The notes beneath the pieces are model-generated. The model was not told the origin of the DNA and ran no database searches. It saw nothing but the letters and a program-made list of their open reading frames with translations. From Sporopachydermia quercuum (Eukaryota): 64,000 nucleotides of DNA. Both the position numbers and the translations under genes were made by a program. How positions within the stretch are numbered: the first letter of the stretch is position 1; the number at the start of each line of letters is the position of its first letter. Of this stretch, positions 13,100 to 25,789 are shown piece by piece. The stretch is from the NCBI GenBank assembly GCA_001599295.1, contig BCGN01000003.1, positions 124,001 to 188,000 on the forward strand, read 5' to 3'.

Positions 13100-15072
13100 T
13101 GCTTATTTAAGTTAGATTTATTTAATATGGGAAAGGATTAAGAATAGGGTGAAACAAGGGTTACAATTTTTTTATCTTTTATCGGGGAATTAAATGGTAT
13201 TTTTATTCCTGATTTTTATGTTTTGTTTCATGAAAGATAGAGATTTATACTTCGTGGAGGTTTGCTGTGGTTCAATTTTAGAGTAAGGTAAGATAATTAG
13301 TAAAGGTGGGGATGAAGAGATGATGGATTATATAATTATGAGCACAACCATTAGTGAATAAGTTTGTATGATAGAACGAAGATGAGAATAGCTGGGAAAG
13401 TGAGAGTAGTTTTGGTACATGGCTCATTTATGGGTGATATATCTCCTAGAAGCTATCAGATATTTATCACGATATAAGTCATTATGAATAGTTCGTATAT
13501 AGTTTATATTATGTCGATCATATTACATCATAGCATTTATAAACCTCATGGTATGTTTATCGGTAGGGTGGTAACCGGATTGTCCATTATGTAGGTTGCT
13601 TTGGATGATAAATTAACAATCANTTACTCCTTGGTTGAATGAAGTAGTTTATTCATTATTCACAGTTTCAAACATCAATGATCTTTGAAGGGCTTCACTA
13701 GGAATGGAATACTCCAAAGTTGAACTGATTGCATTCTTTTCTCTATTCAACATTTACCTATTGCTTAGTTGCTGGTGGGTCAAGCTTTGAATTGAAGTGT
13801 TTGAATATATCAATTAATATTAAAATACTCCTGAAATGTTTGTGTACCACTGTATAAAAGCAGAAACAAAATGTAAGTCATTGCTGGATCATCTAGCCTA
13901 CCCCTTGTTACATAGAGACACACATTTCTTAGTCTCACAGTATTTCACCGATATTTGTAGAGAACAAAGAGGAAAAGATGTCCTGCTTCTGAAGGCCTTT
14001 TAGCTGACCTGACAGGCTTATTAAATGAAGAGCAGGTTAAAGAAAGACAATATATAGAGACACCGCGGTTTTTCGCTACTTCATTTCCTCTTACCGGTGT
14101 ATCAGGGCCGCTCTCTCATGACACCAGTTACCAGCTATTAATTTAAAACTGGCTATCAGCACTAGAAATCTCCGTCAATTATTGNCATAAGAGATGTTCA
14201 ACGACTGTCCATATTTCATTTGAGCTTGTTGTATGATCCTATAGATTGGATAGTTCTCCAAACATTATCCCGTCTCATTTCTCAAACGATCAACATATCT
14301 GCCTCGGAGATTTTGAGATTAGATTCCTTTGGAAAGTAGATATAAATGCTTAGAAATGGTTTCTTCAATAGATCGATTAATAATCTAGTGGCATGAGAAT
14401 CCTGGACATCACTTCAGAATATAACTATTTACTCTTTTATATGGTACTTGCTCTGTAAACTAGACGCACTTTCTCTTTCAGTTTGTCACAGCTCCCAATA
14501 GTTTGTNAATGGATCATTTGAAGAATCAGTACTGAATGAGACCCGGGTAGTTGTTAACTTGTTATCTCTAGCTTNTTGTTAAGCATAGTTGAATAAAGGG
14601 GCTTTGCTGTTTCAGTAGNTTGTTAGCTTGTTAGCTTGATAGCTTAGCTTTTTTATTCGAGTTAGTTCTATTTTTTACCTTGAAATCAAGCAACAAACAA
14701 AATGGAATTAAACCTGGAAACGGTAGTATTCAAATAGTTGGTCTACTCCATTGTTCATTCATCAGTGATAGCTTCCAATATACGTGTTAAATTTCCTTAG
14801 TAATGCTAGATGACTTGAACTATGGCTTATGGTATGGAAACACCACCTAACTTTTGCATTGGTAAAGTAGAACTTACAATAACTCATAATTCAATTCAGA
14901 TTCCGAAAGCTTTATTCAAAATTATTCAGAATCTTGCTTCAAGAATTAATATACAGTGTCTCTATATAATTTGCTTTGGTTTTTCTTATCTACTCTATTT
15001 TCATATAATACACTAACTATATTTTCTTTTCCTTGCTATGCTGCTCCTAAAATATCATTATAGTTAATGATA

Positions 15073-15642
15073 TTAAAGTGTTAATACTGGTAACAATATA
15101 AGTGCTCCAACTAGTATTGTTGATATTTTGAGAGATGTTGGTGCCAAGTTCTCATTTGGATCATTATGAGTGGTATTTGACAAGGATGTAGTAGCGGTTG
15201 TTTCCACTGCTGCAGTCGTTGCTCTAGATGTGGTAGAAAGGGTTGTAGCCACTCCAGAGGTAACTGAATCTTGGCTTGGCTCATCTATCAATGGAATAGA
15301 GCTCGACTTCTCGTAATCGCTAATGAATCCCTCTGCTTCTGTTTCTTCAAATATCTCTACAGTGACAGTACTGTGATCGATCTGTTCTGTTTGATATACT
15401 GTTATGCTAGACGTAATTGCAGCTGATTGACATCTGTCACTTTCAAAGTAATCGCCAGTAGAACATGGGTTTCCAAAATTTAATGTACTTTGGCCATAAT
15501 ACTGGGTAAGCTGCAACGATATGAAATAACTAGCTGTATTTTGGAGAGTAGCTAAACTGGTATCGTACAACATATCATCATAGGGCTCTATTCTTGACGA
15601 TGGCTCCAGGTGTATACTCGATATTTGGCTTGGTAGTGTCAT
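15073..15642 (-). CDS. Ser/Thr-rich protein with a C-terminal GPI-like hydrophobic tail (189 aa)
   Basis: Thr/Ser-rich stalk ending ENLAPTSLKISTILVGALILLPVLTL; no N-terminal signal peptide in the ORF. Confidence 0.55.
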   Translation of the reverse strand: MTLPSQISSIHLEPSSRIEPYDDMLYDTSLATLQNTASYFISLQLTQYYGQSTLNFGNPCSTGDYFESDRCQSAAITSSITVYQTEQIDHSTVTVEIFEETEAEGFISDYEKSSSIPLIDEPSQDSVTSGVATTLSTTSRATTAAVETTATTSLSNTTHNDPNENLAPTSLKISTILVGALILLPVLTL

Positions 15643-18191
15643 GGTTGATAAGTGCTCTACTTGAGCTCAGTGCAAATTCTTAATTTTACTATTGTTGATA
15701 GCAAAAATATTTCTGAATGTAGACTTCTTTAAAAGCTACAACAACCAAACGTTCTTTCTCACTGCCCATTTATCTTGAAGGATATGCTACTTCCCGTCTT
15801 CTACGAAGCAACTATCGTATGTTGATACTTTGAATTCGCCTTTCTCAATGCTGACCTTCTACCTCTTTTCTATCCTTTATTCTTGTATATGGATTCAATT
15901 GGATTGTTAATTGAAAACTTAACTCGCGTACTAAATTCTGACCTCTCTTCTCTGTCTTTGACTTGATGCCTGAAAGACTTAATTGAGAAAATTCTATGCT
16001 TTGACAACCACAGATTATCTATTCTCGCTTCTTTCTTGAATTTCAAGCAGTTCGCAAACCCTTCTTTGAGTCAGNTAAAAGAGTCTCCCCAGCTTTTTTT
16101 TGCAGGTCTTGAATATCATGACCTATGTGATAACCTCTTGTCGTGTTCTGCCTCATATGGTGAGATGTAATCAACAATAGGGAGATTATCGATACACATT
16201 AAAGCCAAAAAGAGAGGTATCCTCATTTAATNATTTTCGAAAAGGTCGGAACATCTGGAAAGGAGTATTAGTAACATTCAAATAGACAACAGTGGACGGA
16301 TCAATAGAAATTGACGGTGAATAATCTTCCTAACAAAAATAGAGTTGGTTCCTGAAAACAAGTTATTTTTTTACTAAAGGAAACTTTAAGAGCAAGATTA
16401 ACAGAAAAGTTAATCCAGAGCTACCCTTGAACTTTAATAGAAAAATAAGAACCTTATTTGATTGTTTATGCTCCTTAATAAAACAANAAAGTTGCAATTT
16501 AATGGTGAAATATACGTTTTCTTCTTCATGAACTGGAAAAATTGCTACAACAATAGCTGATACAAGTAGTTCTTGCTATGTTAGTAATTGTTGTGGCATT
16601 ATTCCTGACTGAAGTTACTAATCATATAAATGCTCCCTACATTAATATATTATTAATGTACATCGTAGAATCTTAATGGTTTTCCAAAGTGTGGAGTTCG
16701 CATACTCCAAGGCAAAACCGTAGGCAATTCCGTCCATTCCGTCCATAATTAAACAGTTAGAGCCAGNGGATACTAGTTTCTTAAGTATTGATAAAGAACA
16801 TAAAAAAGAAAGCNTCACCTAGATAGATGGAGAACAAAAACATATAGCACTATGTGTCGTTTGGCCATAGAACCTTAATGACCAACGAAAGTTAGCGATC
16901 TCGTTGCCAACAATTTGACTAAATAGCACAAGCCTGATTTATAAGAACGATAAATTTATAGTACAATTAACAAATTCTTAGTGTCGTTGATTATCCGCTG
17001 TTGGTGTTATTCTTCAATAACGCAAATAACTTTCGTTGCATGATCACATTTAATCATAACAGAAAGGATTCGATAGACTTACATGAAGAGTTGACTTTAT
17101 ACTATACTTTTCGTTGAGCCAACCAATAAAGTGACGGCCTCAAATTGGAAACTTCTTCCGCAATTGCTAAAAGTTTGTTTTGTGGTTAATTGATCCCGAT
17201 ATACATGCCGGCTTGATTGATCCCGTTGTTTTTCAACTCCGTATAGTATATATGTGGACGTCCTCTAAAAGTTATTCAGCTACTATACGTCAATCAACAG
17301 TAAAATCCTCATTTATGACATACTCCTTGAAGTCATGAAAAGTAAATGCTATTCCCCGGTCAATTCGACGAAAGCTGTGCTACTGCTAGCTATGTCACAT
17401 TGCTTGCAAGCTGAAAAGCAATATTGCAATATTGCAATTGAATAAAGAAATCTTGTGGTGAATATTTCACATTCAGTACCTGCATTTAACTAGATAACTA
17501 AAAGACTGAAACAGGAACCTCATTACAAGTTAAGCACCAAATTTGGCTAATTATGCTTAAGGTTTGTCTCAGGTCAAACCNTTGAGAGAGATAGTTCATT
17601 TAACCAAATACCCACAGGCACCTATGGATAAGAAGACTCAGAATCTGCTAAAACATCCATTATTATACTGAGTGGAAACATGCTAACTGTGTTTTTTGTT
17701 GCTCAACAGTTTTAAACTGCTGGAGTGCCCTTGGTTCAATTATTAATAAGGTTTAGGACATTAAGTTTTAAGTTAACAGTTGATAGCAAATATGTTGTAT
17801 TATTGATGGTGCTAACCCTGAACCTGTGCAATGATTTCACGTTATTTCTGATCCGGCTTTCAATCCCGCTTTATCTAGTATCAGCCTCTCATTCGGATAA
17901 GAAATTAAGTTAAGGAGACTATTAAGAAATAACAAAGGATCATGGAAACTGGAGATTAGAGATTATTGGAGATAGACATAGGATGAGAAATATGCGAAGT
18001 CGAAACAAGTGTAAAAACTTGTAAATTCCTTAGAGAAGCTACCCAGTAACAAATATAGGACATATAGTCACAGATTTTTACTGGGAATTAAAGACACTGG
18101 ATAATTGAAATGATTGTATATCAAACAGATTACTCCAAGACGCGTAGCTAGAAAGAGTATCTCAGTTAAACTCTAGTTATAACCTATTTTA

Positions 18192-18199
18192 GTCACGTG
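18192..18199. promoter_or_regulatory. Cbf1-type E-box GTCACGTG upstream of RPL15
   Basis: Exact motif about 340 bp upstream of the start. Confidence 0.5.
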
Positions 18200-18531
18200 T
18201 TTATCTTTGGGTTATTTACCTCTAAATTAATATATTTCAGTCCGTACCTTTTTATACTGCACTCTTTAAAAATTAAATCTTTACATGANCAAATCAAGAA
18301 ATGAAACAGACTCACCAAACGTTTGAAATTTTACTATGCGACCCATAGTATTCACTCACAAGTACCACAGAGAGTGCTCACATACTACCAACCATCCCAG
18401 ATCGGAAACCTTTACTAGTAGTTTCTTCTTTTCGATCCTTAGAAAGTATCTTTACTGATCATCACAATTGAAAAGCTATTGTATTGATTGTTCATCACCA
18501 AGGAATTCAGTAACAATATCTTGTATTTAAA

Positions 18532-19229
18532 AGTATGTTAATATAATTGCAATAGAAGAGAACTCTCCGCAATGAGAGAGCGAATATACTGAATCATTTA
18601 CTAACCAAGATGACTTAGTGGGTGCCTACAAATATCTCGAAGAGCTTCAAAGAAAGAAGCAATCTGATGTTGTCAGATTCCTTCACAGAGTCAGATGTTG
18701 GGAATATCGTCAACTTCACGTTATCCACCGTATCAGCAGACCTACTCGTCCCGACAAAGCCAGAAGATTAGGATACAAGGCTAAGCAAGGTTTCGTTTTA
18801 TTCAGAATCAGAGTCAGAAGAGGTGGCAGAAAGAGACCTGTTCCTAAGGGTGCTACTTATGGTAAGCCTACCAACCAGGGTGTAAACCAATTGAAGTATC
18901 AAAAGTCTCTTCAAACTACTGCCGAAGAAAGAATCGGAAGAAAGGCTGCTAACTTGCGTGTCTTGAACTCTTACTGGGTTAACCAAGATTCTACTTACAA
19001 GTACTTCGAAGTCATTTGCGTTGACCCTCAACATAAAGCTATCAGAAGGGATGCTAAGTACAACTGGATCGCCAATCCTGTCCACAAGCACAGAGAATCC
19101 CGTGGTCTTACTTCCTCCGGTAAGAAGAACAGAGGTATCAACAAGGGTCATTTATACAACAATACCAAGGCTGGAAGAAGACACACTTGGAAGAAACACA
19201 ATACCCTCAGCTTGTGGAGATATCGTTAG
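18532..19229 (+). CDS. RPL15: 60S ribosomal protein eL15; start codon split by an intron (A^TG)
   Basis: [18 protein letters not shown]...LSLWRYR; A at 18532, intron 18533-18618 (GTATGT, TACTAAC 18599-18605, TAG), TG at 18619-18620. Confidence 0.97.
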
Positions 19230-20322
19230 ATCATTTTCTACATCCCTCTCTGTATATGGGCGTGTTGCAAGCAGTTGTCAAGCATACTTCTCTCCTTTTC
19301 TAATTGGTCGAGGTTAATAGTCAAATAATGCTGTCGATTGTATCATTATGTTTCAAATTGTAGATTTGTAAGTCTAATAAGGTTGCGTGAATTTTCTAAG
19401 GTGAATTGGGCTGTTTGNGGTCAATCTCTCTTGAAAGCATATCTTGAGTAAAATCACTTCCAGCACTATCCAATTACCATTCCAGTACCCTGAGAGCTTT
19501 ACAGTTTTTGTTAGACATTGGTATCCTTGTTTTGCACTCTCTAATGTGCATTCATTTATCACAAATAATATCAATTAGATCGATATTTTGCAACAACAGT
19601 AAGCAATAGTATGATTATTCACTCCTGCTACATGACTATATCTCGTAAAGCCCCCTCTCTAGATTACTTTGGAGTCTCACCTTGTTACCCCCAAACACCC
19701 GAGTTTATGTAGCAATCTAATTCAACTGCTACACAATACAAAGACATCTATGCGTAACCAACAATACTACAAATCACAAAGTGCATGTACACATTTGTAC
19801 TCAATCTTGCTTCTCTAAAAACCAATTCATATTCTCATATAAATCTCCTATTCCCATATAATATTGTTTTTTCTTAGATACACATCTAATACAATTCATA
19901 TTATCATCAAATACACTATTGATATATAAACGAATCCTCCCATCTTCGACCTTAACTAATCGTAGTACTTACCCATTACGTACAGAGCTTACCAATTTGT
20001 ACTTACCTAACAANAATTACCTGTGCTATAATGAATAATCCATAGTTCATAAGAACATTAAAAAAAATTATCACCTTTCATCCAAAACGATTGTATGACC
20101 ATGACAGAGAGAAAATAAAATTGTTAGATTGAATATACATTGATTGATCAGAATTGATTGAACATTGATTGTTGATCGGTTTTCTGCTTGTGAGTAGAAA
20201 GATTGGTAATCAGGACCAAGATCAAATCAGAAGCATTATCTCAATTGAAGGTTAGAATTGTTGGTATTGAATTATATTCGAAAGCCAATAATAAGAATCA
20301 ATTGTTCTTTTAACTATACACA

Positions 20323-22095
20323 ATGACTGGTACTACTAAGACTGCTATCTTGTCAGTTTACAACAAGACAGGATTGCTCGACCTTGCAAAAGGTTTAGTA
20401 AAGCACAATGTTAGATTGTTGGCATCCGGTGGTACTGCCAGACTTATTAGAGAAGCTGGTTTCCCTGTTGAGGATGTCTCATCAATCACACATGCCCCTG
20501 AGATGCTAGGTGGTAGAGTGAAGACTCTTCACCCAGCTGTCCATGCTGGTATTTTGGCCAGGAACATTGAATCAGATGAAAAGGATTTGAGCGATCAACA
20601 AATTGACAAGGTTGACTTTGTTGTTTGCAACTTGTACCCTTTCAAAGAGACCATCGCTAAGATCAACGTGACCATTGAAGAAGCTGTTGAAGAAATCGAC
20701 ATTGGTGGTGTCACTTTACTTAGAGCTGCTGCAAAAAATCATGCTAGAGTTACTATTTTAAGTGATCCTACTGATTATGCTGGATTTTTGGAGGAATTGG
20801 CCAAAGGTGAAATCACTTCTGAATCTAGAAACAGATATGCTTTAAAAGCTTTTGAACACACAGCTGATTACGACTCTGCTATCTCTGACTACTTCAGAAA
20901 GCAATATGCTGAAGGTGTTTCACAATTGCCATTGAGATATGGTGCCAATCCTCACCAGAAACCTGCTCAAGCTTTCATTACTGAAGGTGAACTCCCTTTC
21001 AAAGTTCTTTCTGGATCTCCTGGATACATTAACCTTCTAGATGCTTTGAACTCGTGGCCTCTTGTTAAGGAATTATCTGCTTCTTTAAACCTTCCTGCCG
21101 CTGCTTCTTTTAAGCACGTTTCTCCGGCAGGTGCCGCAGTGGGTATTCCTCTCACTGACGTTGAGAAGAAAATCTACTTCGTTGAAGACATTGAATCATT
21201 ATCACCTCTTGCCAATGCTTATGCTAGAGCTCGTGGTGCTGACCGTATGTCATCTTTTGGTGACTGGATCGCCTTATCCAACATTGTTGATGTACCCACT
21301 GCTAAAATCATCTCTAAGGAAGTTAGTGATGGTGTCATTGCTCCTGGCTACGAACCAGAAGCTTTAGAAATCTTGAAGAAGAAGAAGGCTGGTAAGTACA
21401 CTATTCTTCAAATTGATCCTAACTACACCCCAGATGCTGTTGAATCTCGCCAAGTGTATGGTATCACTTTACAACAAAAGAGAAACGATGCTATCATCAA
21501 CTCTTCTTCTTTCAAGGAAATTATTTCTGAAAACAAGGATCTCACTGAACAAGCTGTAATTGATCTCACCGTCGCAACTATTGCCTTGAAGTATACACAA
21601 TCCAACTCTGTCTGCTATGCTAAGAATGGTATGGTTATTGGTCTTGGTGCTGGTCAACAATCCAGAATTCACTGTACTAGATTGGCTGGTGATAAAGCTG
21701 ATAACTGGTGGNTACGTCAACATCCTCGTGTCTTAGCCTTTGAATGGGCAAAAGGTGTCAAGAGGCCTGATAAGTCCAATGCTATTGATTTGTTTGTTAC
21801 TGGTCAAATCCCAACGACTGAACCTGAAAAATCAGAATATGAAAGTAAATTCGCCACCGTACCTGCACCTTTAACCAGGGAGGAGAGAGAAGAATGGATC
21901 TCCGATCTCCAAGCCGTTTCCTTGTCATCAGACGCTTTCTTCCCTTTCCCTGATAACGTTTACCGTGCTGCTAGATCTGGTGTTAGGTATATTGCTGCTC
22001 CCTCTGGTTCTGTTCAAGATAAGGCTGTTATAGCTGCTGCTGATTCNTTTGGTATTGTTTACGTTGAAAACAGCATCCGTTTATTCCATCATTGA
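20323..22095 (+). CDS. ADE17: Bifunctional AICAR transformylase/IMP cyclohydrolase (Ade16/Ade17)
   Basis: [48 protein letters not shown] motifs; C-terminal RLFHH. Confidence 0.98.
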   Translation: MTGTTKTAILSVYNKTGLLDLAKGLVKHNVRLLASGGTARLIREAGFPVEDVSSITHAPEMLGGRVKTLHPAVHAGILARNIESDEKDLSDQQIDKVDFVVCNLYPFKETIAKINVTIEEAVEEIDIGGVTLLRAAAKNHARVTILSDPTDYAGFLEELAKGEITSESRNRYALKAFEHTADYDSAISDYFRKQYAEGVSQLPLRYGANPHQKPAQAFITEGELPFKVLSGSPGYINLLDALNSWPLVKELSASLNLPAAASFKHVSPAGAAVGIPLTDVEKKIYFVEDIESLSPLANAYARARGADRMSSFGDWIALSNIVDVPTAKIISKEVSDGVIAPGYEPEALEILKKKKAGKYTILQIDPNYTPDAVESRQVYGITLQQKRNDAIINSSSFKEIISENKDLTEQAVIDLTVATIALKYTQSNSVCYAKNGMVIGLGAGQQSRIHCTRLAGDKADNWWXRQHPRVLAFEWAKGVKRPDKSNAIDLFVTGQIPTTEPEKSEYESKFATVPAPLTREEREEWISDLQAVSLSSDAFFPFPDNVYRAARSGVRYIAAPSGSVQDKAVIAAADXFGIVYVENSIRLFHH

Positions 22096-22444
22096 TTTTG
22101 GTTATGTGTAGCAGCTGTTGCATTCCCAATATAGTGTTAATATAATAATGTTTATGTATGTTTGTTGTAGTCTTGTATTGCAATACGCAAGCAATTGATT
22201 TTCGTATGCCTCCTTCGGAGCGTATTTACCCACATCTTATCATCATGCAGATAGCTTGATAAGAATAAATATCTAGGGTGTCAGCTTACTATTAAACGGA
22301 TGTTATACTTTATATTATAAACTACACTCATTAAATACTACACAACCTAATCATATCCATTGTTCTTAATTAGTTCCTCATGATAGTCATCTATTCAAAT
22401 GCTACGTTTTAATTACCAGATTCTTCAATAAAACATGTTTTAAC

Positions 22445-24238
22445 TCAATCATCGCCTTCAGAAAAGGATCTTATCAAATTCTTCAGCCCACCAAATCGAT
22501 TCAATGGTCTTATTGTCGGTCTTTTCGCTGGTGGTATTTCCGAGACGGAACTATTCGTATTGTCCAAACCAGTAGCAGACATTGTTGGTATACTTGAACC
22601 AGATACCCCTGCATCTGGACCTGTTTTACTTCCAGGACCAGGAAACGTAGCTGATGTTGCTATGTTTGTATTAGAACCAGCAGGTTGAGTCTCTTCCTGT
22701 TCTTCTAGTGCACGGATTGATCTTCGGATACTTACTCTCCCCTTTTCCTGATTGACTTTAGCTATTTCGACCCCTAAATCGATCACAGGTTTATTCACGG
22801 GTATTTGAATAGGTTTATCAATTGTCACTCCTCCAATTCCTCCAATTCTATATTTACCTGTTGAAATGATGCCAGCGCCATTTCCAGGTATCGTTGTTGA
22901 TGGTGATACAGCGTTGGGTGAATCTGACATAATAACTGGTGGGTCTCCTGCTTTTTCCGCTCCAGTGTTATTTTGATTAAGAAAATACTGTTGATGGAGC
23001 TGTACATGTTGCGATGATAGTAATGAAGGTGTCACAGGTCTTGAGTTGTAAGTAGATGCTAGATTTTGAGATCCCGGTACCATTGCAGCAGGAGGTACAG
23101 GTGGTGGGAAGAACTCAGGTCCTCCGACGTGGTTCATAATAGGAAACCCAAGGACTCTTCCTGATTGAACGATGAGTACGTTCTGAGAAGAAACTATAAT
23201 GTTCATTATGGGTGTAATCTCATTCCATATTTTCCAGAATTGAAATGCAGTAAGTGTTTCTGTTGCTGGGGGAGTTGGTGGAACGGCAGGAATCAGCATT
23301 GGAGCAAAAGGAGCTAGCGGATCATCTGATCTCGAAGGGACATACGAAAAAGTAGAGGATGGATAAAAATGTGAGCTCATGGATAGTAAATCTTTGAACA
23401 AAAAACGTGCGCGCTTCAGTTTGTAAAACAGTGTTGGTACAAGATCCTGAATTGGAACAGACGAAGGGTTGTTTTTCTTCAAAATTGCTTCCAGAGATGC
23501 TAATAACTCTTCAGAATTCAAAGCTTTCCAGAACGCCAGAATCGACAGCTTGATCTTTTTCTGAGGGTTGATTTCGTTATTTTCTTGTGAGCTTAGAAAC
23601 CCTTGAGAGTGCATTTGCAAGTCATCAGGACTGGACTGCAAAGTGCTCATATCGGTAGAAAAATTGAGACTCTCATTGGTCATTGAATTCCCTCCTGACT
23701 TCTTACTCACGCTCATACTAACAGCGCCAGACCTTAATATGAAGTCAAGGAGTTTGAAACAATTCTGTCGAGCTAGAAAGTCACTAGCTGGTAGAAATAT
23801 AGACTCTATGAAGCATTGTACAGAGTGTTTAGCAAATGCAATGTTGGGATCTTTTTCATTGAATCCAGGAAAAAACAAATTATGTATTGGGTCATTTGAA
23901 TAGTTGACATTTATAGGCAAATAGATCGCTTGCTGTAGTTCGTGTATATTTGTAAATGACTTAGAAGCATTTCTATCGCTGGAACTGTAATTCAAGCTGG
24001 GTGTTTGCTCCGGGTGTAGCAGGAACTGCTTTATTATAGAATAAGAGCTCAGAGAAATATTAGGACTGATGCTATCAAAGAATGAGCTGCTATTGTTGTT
24101 GCTCTTTCGTGGAGGGTGCTTACCATTATTCCTTGGTGCTTGATTATTATTGTTGTCTAGATTTCCTGTTGAGTTGCCAAACAGATTCTGGTTGAATTGA
24201 ATGTACCCCTCCGAGTGTGAGGTATTCATGGATGTCAT
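22445..24238 (-). CDS. Hypothetical protein (about 597 aa) with helical core and disordered Pro-rich regions
   Basis: Long ORF; first ATG at 24238 (the track start is TTG); the 5' end may involve another exon. Confidence 0.8.
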   Translation of the reverse strand: MTSMNTSHSEGYIQFNQNLFGNSTGNLDNNNNQAPRNNGKHPPRKSNNNSSSFFDSISPNISLSSYSIIKQFLLHPEQTPSLNYSSSDRNASKSFTNIHELQQAIYLPINVNYSNDPIHNLFFPGFNEKDPNIAFAKHSVQCFIESIFLPASDFLARQNCFKLLDFILRSGAVSMSVSKKSGGNSMTNESLNFSTDMSTLQSSPDDLQMHSQGFLSSQENNEINPQKKIKLSILAFWKALNSEELLASLEAILKKNNPSSVPIQDLVPTLFYKLKRARFLFKDLLSMSSHFYPSSTFSYVPSRSDDPLAPFAPMLIPAVPPTPPATETLTAFQFWKIWNEITPIMNIIVSSQNVLIVQSGRVLGFPIMNHVGGPEFFPPPVPPAAMVPGSQNLASTYNSRPVTPSLLSSQHVQLHQQYFLNQNNTGAEKAGDPPVIMSDSPNAVSPSTTIPGNGAGIISTGKYRIGGIGGVTIDKPIQIPVNKPVIDLGVEIAKVNQEKGRVSIRRSIRALEEQEETQPAGSNTNIATSATFPGPGSKTGPDAGVSGSSIPTMSATGLDNTNSSVSEIPPAKRPTIRPLNRFGGLKNLIRSFSEGDD

Positions 24239-25354
24239 TTTCGAAGTTTTAGAAATCAATATAATGTGATGAGACTTGGTTCTGATTAACTGTTAAAGCC
24301 GTTCGTTTCGGTCTTACTATTGGTTTAGTGCAAGCACCGCAAAATCAACAGCTTTAATTATGAATCGAAAAAGCAAATAATATCGATGTAGCAGTTCTGA
24401 AAAGCGGAAAAGCTGTCTCTACTTGAAGGNAAACTTCGTCTGTTATATTAAGTATATGTTGTGTGATCAGCCTTGATATCTCCTCCTTACTTAGTAAGTT
24501 ATTCAGTAGTTGATTTAGCAGATTTTTTGCAAAATGCTCCAGCACTTGGTTCCTGATTTTGTAATGTAATAAAAATCAACNGCTGTTTCCGTATCATCAA
24601 AACCATACCCAAGAATATTCAAATAGACACTGAGTTTGACAGTCATTTAGTAGTATAATATTACTGTAATGCTGTGGCTTTTTATGTATTGATAAATAGC
24701 CACCAGCTGTATCTAAGTTNATATATTTGCTTAAGTTGAGCTGAGCTGAGTTGTCATGCTCGAATATGGTGGGGAAATTTAGTATGTACTTTTTACGAAT
24801 ACCCGATAGACAGACAGTACTCAACGTTACTGAATAAAATGAGAGGCTGGGTTCTTACTGATTGTTAATATATACTTATCAACGGTACAGTTTCTTCTTA
24901 AGAGCAGTTGATAAGTAGAGATAGTGTATATAGTTATGTTATAGATATGTTAGTACTAAGCCCATATAGAAGAAAGGTTTCCTCTTCTTTTACTTTTTTC
25001 AATTACGATTACAATCATAGTTACACAGAGTATGGTTTATGGTAGTTGATACTTCGTCACAAAACCCTTTTAATACTTTGTACAAACACCAATCTATAAT
25101 TATTAATTTGTATTCATAGTTATGTAATTAGAAATCTCACAAATGGTGTTTCGTTGTATTGTATAATCAAACGAGCAAATGAATGAAGGTGGGATATGGC
25201 CTGGATGTTCCTTTCTGGTGACATGTGAAGCATAAGTAAGTAGAATCGATCAGGTTGTTTCTAATATCAACATAACATTTCATAACATTTCATAACATAA
25301 TATACTATCTAACACTTTGAGAAATATTGAGATTATGCAATACTTCTAGAAGTA

Positions 25355-25789
25355 TCAAGCATATCTGACCCTCCCAGAGATCGAAGGTGACCTTCTCTTT
25401 AATTCTTCAGGAGGAGCAGTAGATGATGGGTATCTTCCTGTTTCTAAGAATCTCCACATAGCCACATAGTCGCCATCGGGAATGATATTGTTGTACATTG
25501 GAAGGNTTGTGGTGTAGGTCAATAACTCGTCTTTGATTTCATCCCACAAAGACCAGAACTTTGCAACTGCACTTGATGAAGGTGGACTTCCTGATCGCTC
25601 TTCTTCTTCTACCTCTACCTTGGCAGATTCATAAAACTCTTGGAGTTTCTGAGTGAATGTTGGTGGAGGATTTGCTAGTTTAGCATCATCTAGTGTCGAC
25701 TCTAAGTACTCCACTACCCTTTTCCTGGCCTCTAAATCAGCTTGTGATGGGGCAAACCCGAAAAATGCTTTTATACCTTCAAATGACAT
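25355..25789 (-). CDS. Hypothetical protein (144 aa)
   Basis: ATG with AAA context, coding-like composition, amphipathic helices; no family recognised. Confidence 0.65.
   Translation of the reverse strand: MSFEGIKAFFGFAPSQADLEARKRVVEYLESTLDDAKLANPPPTFTQKLQEFYESAKVEVEEEERSGSPPSSSAVAKFWSLWDEIKDELLTYTTXLPMYNNIIPDGDYVAMWRFLETGRYPSSTAPPEELKRRSPSISGRVRYA

Noticed and set aside
17550..17720. Intron-like signals (GTTTGT..GCTAAC..CAG) with an H/ACA-like pattern
   Set aside because: The spliced ORF is only MLKF* and the hairpins pair poorly
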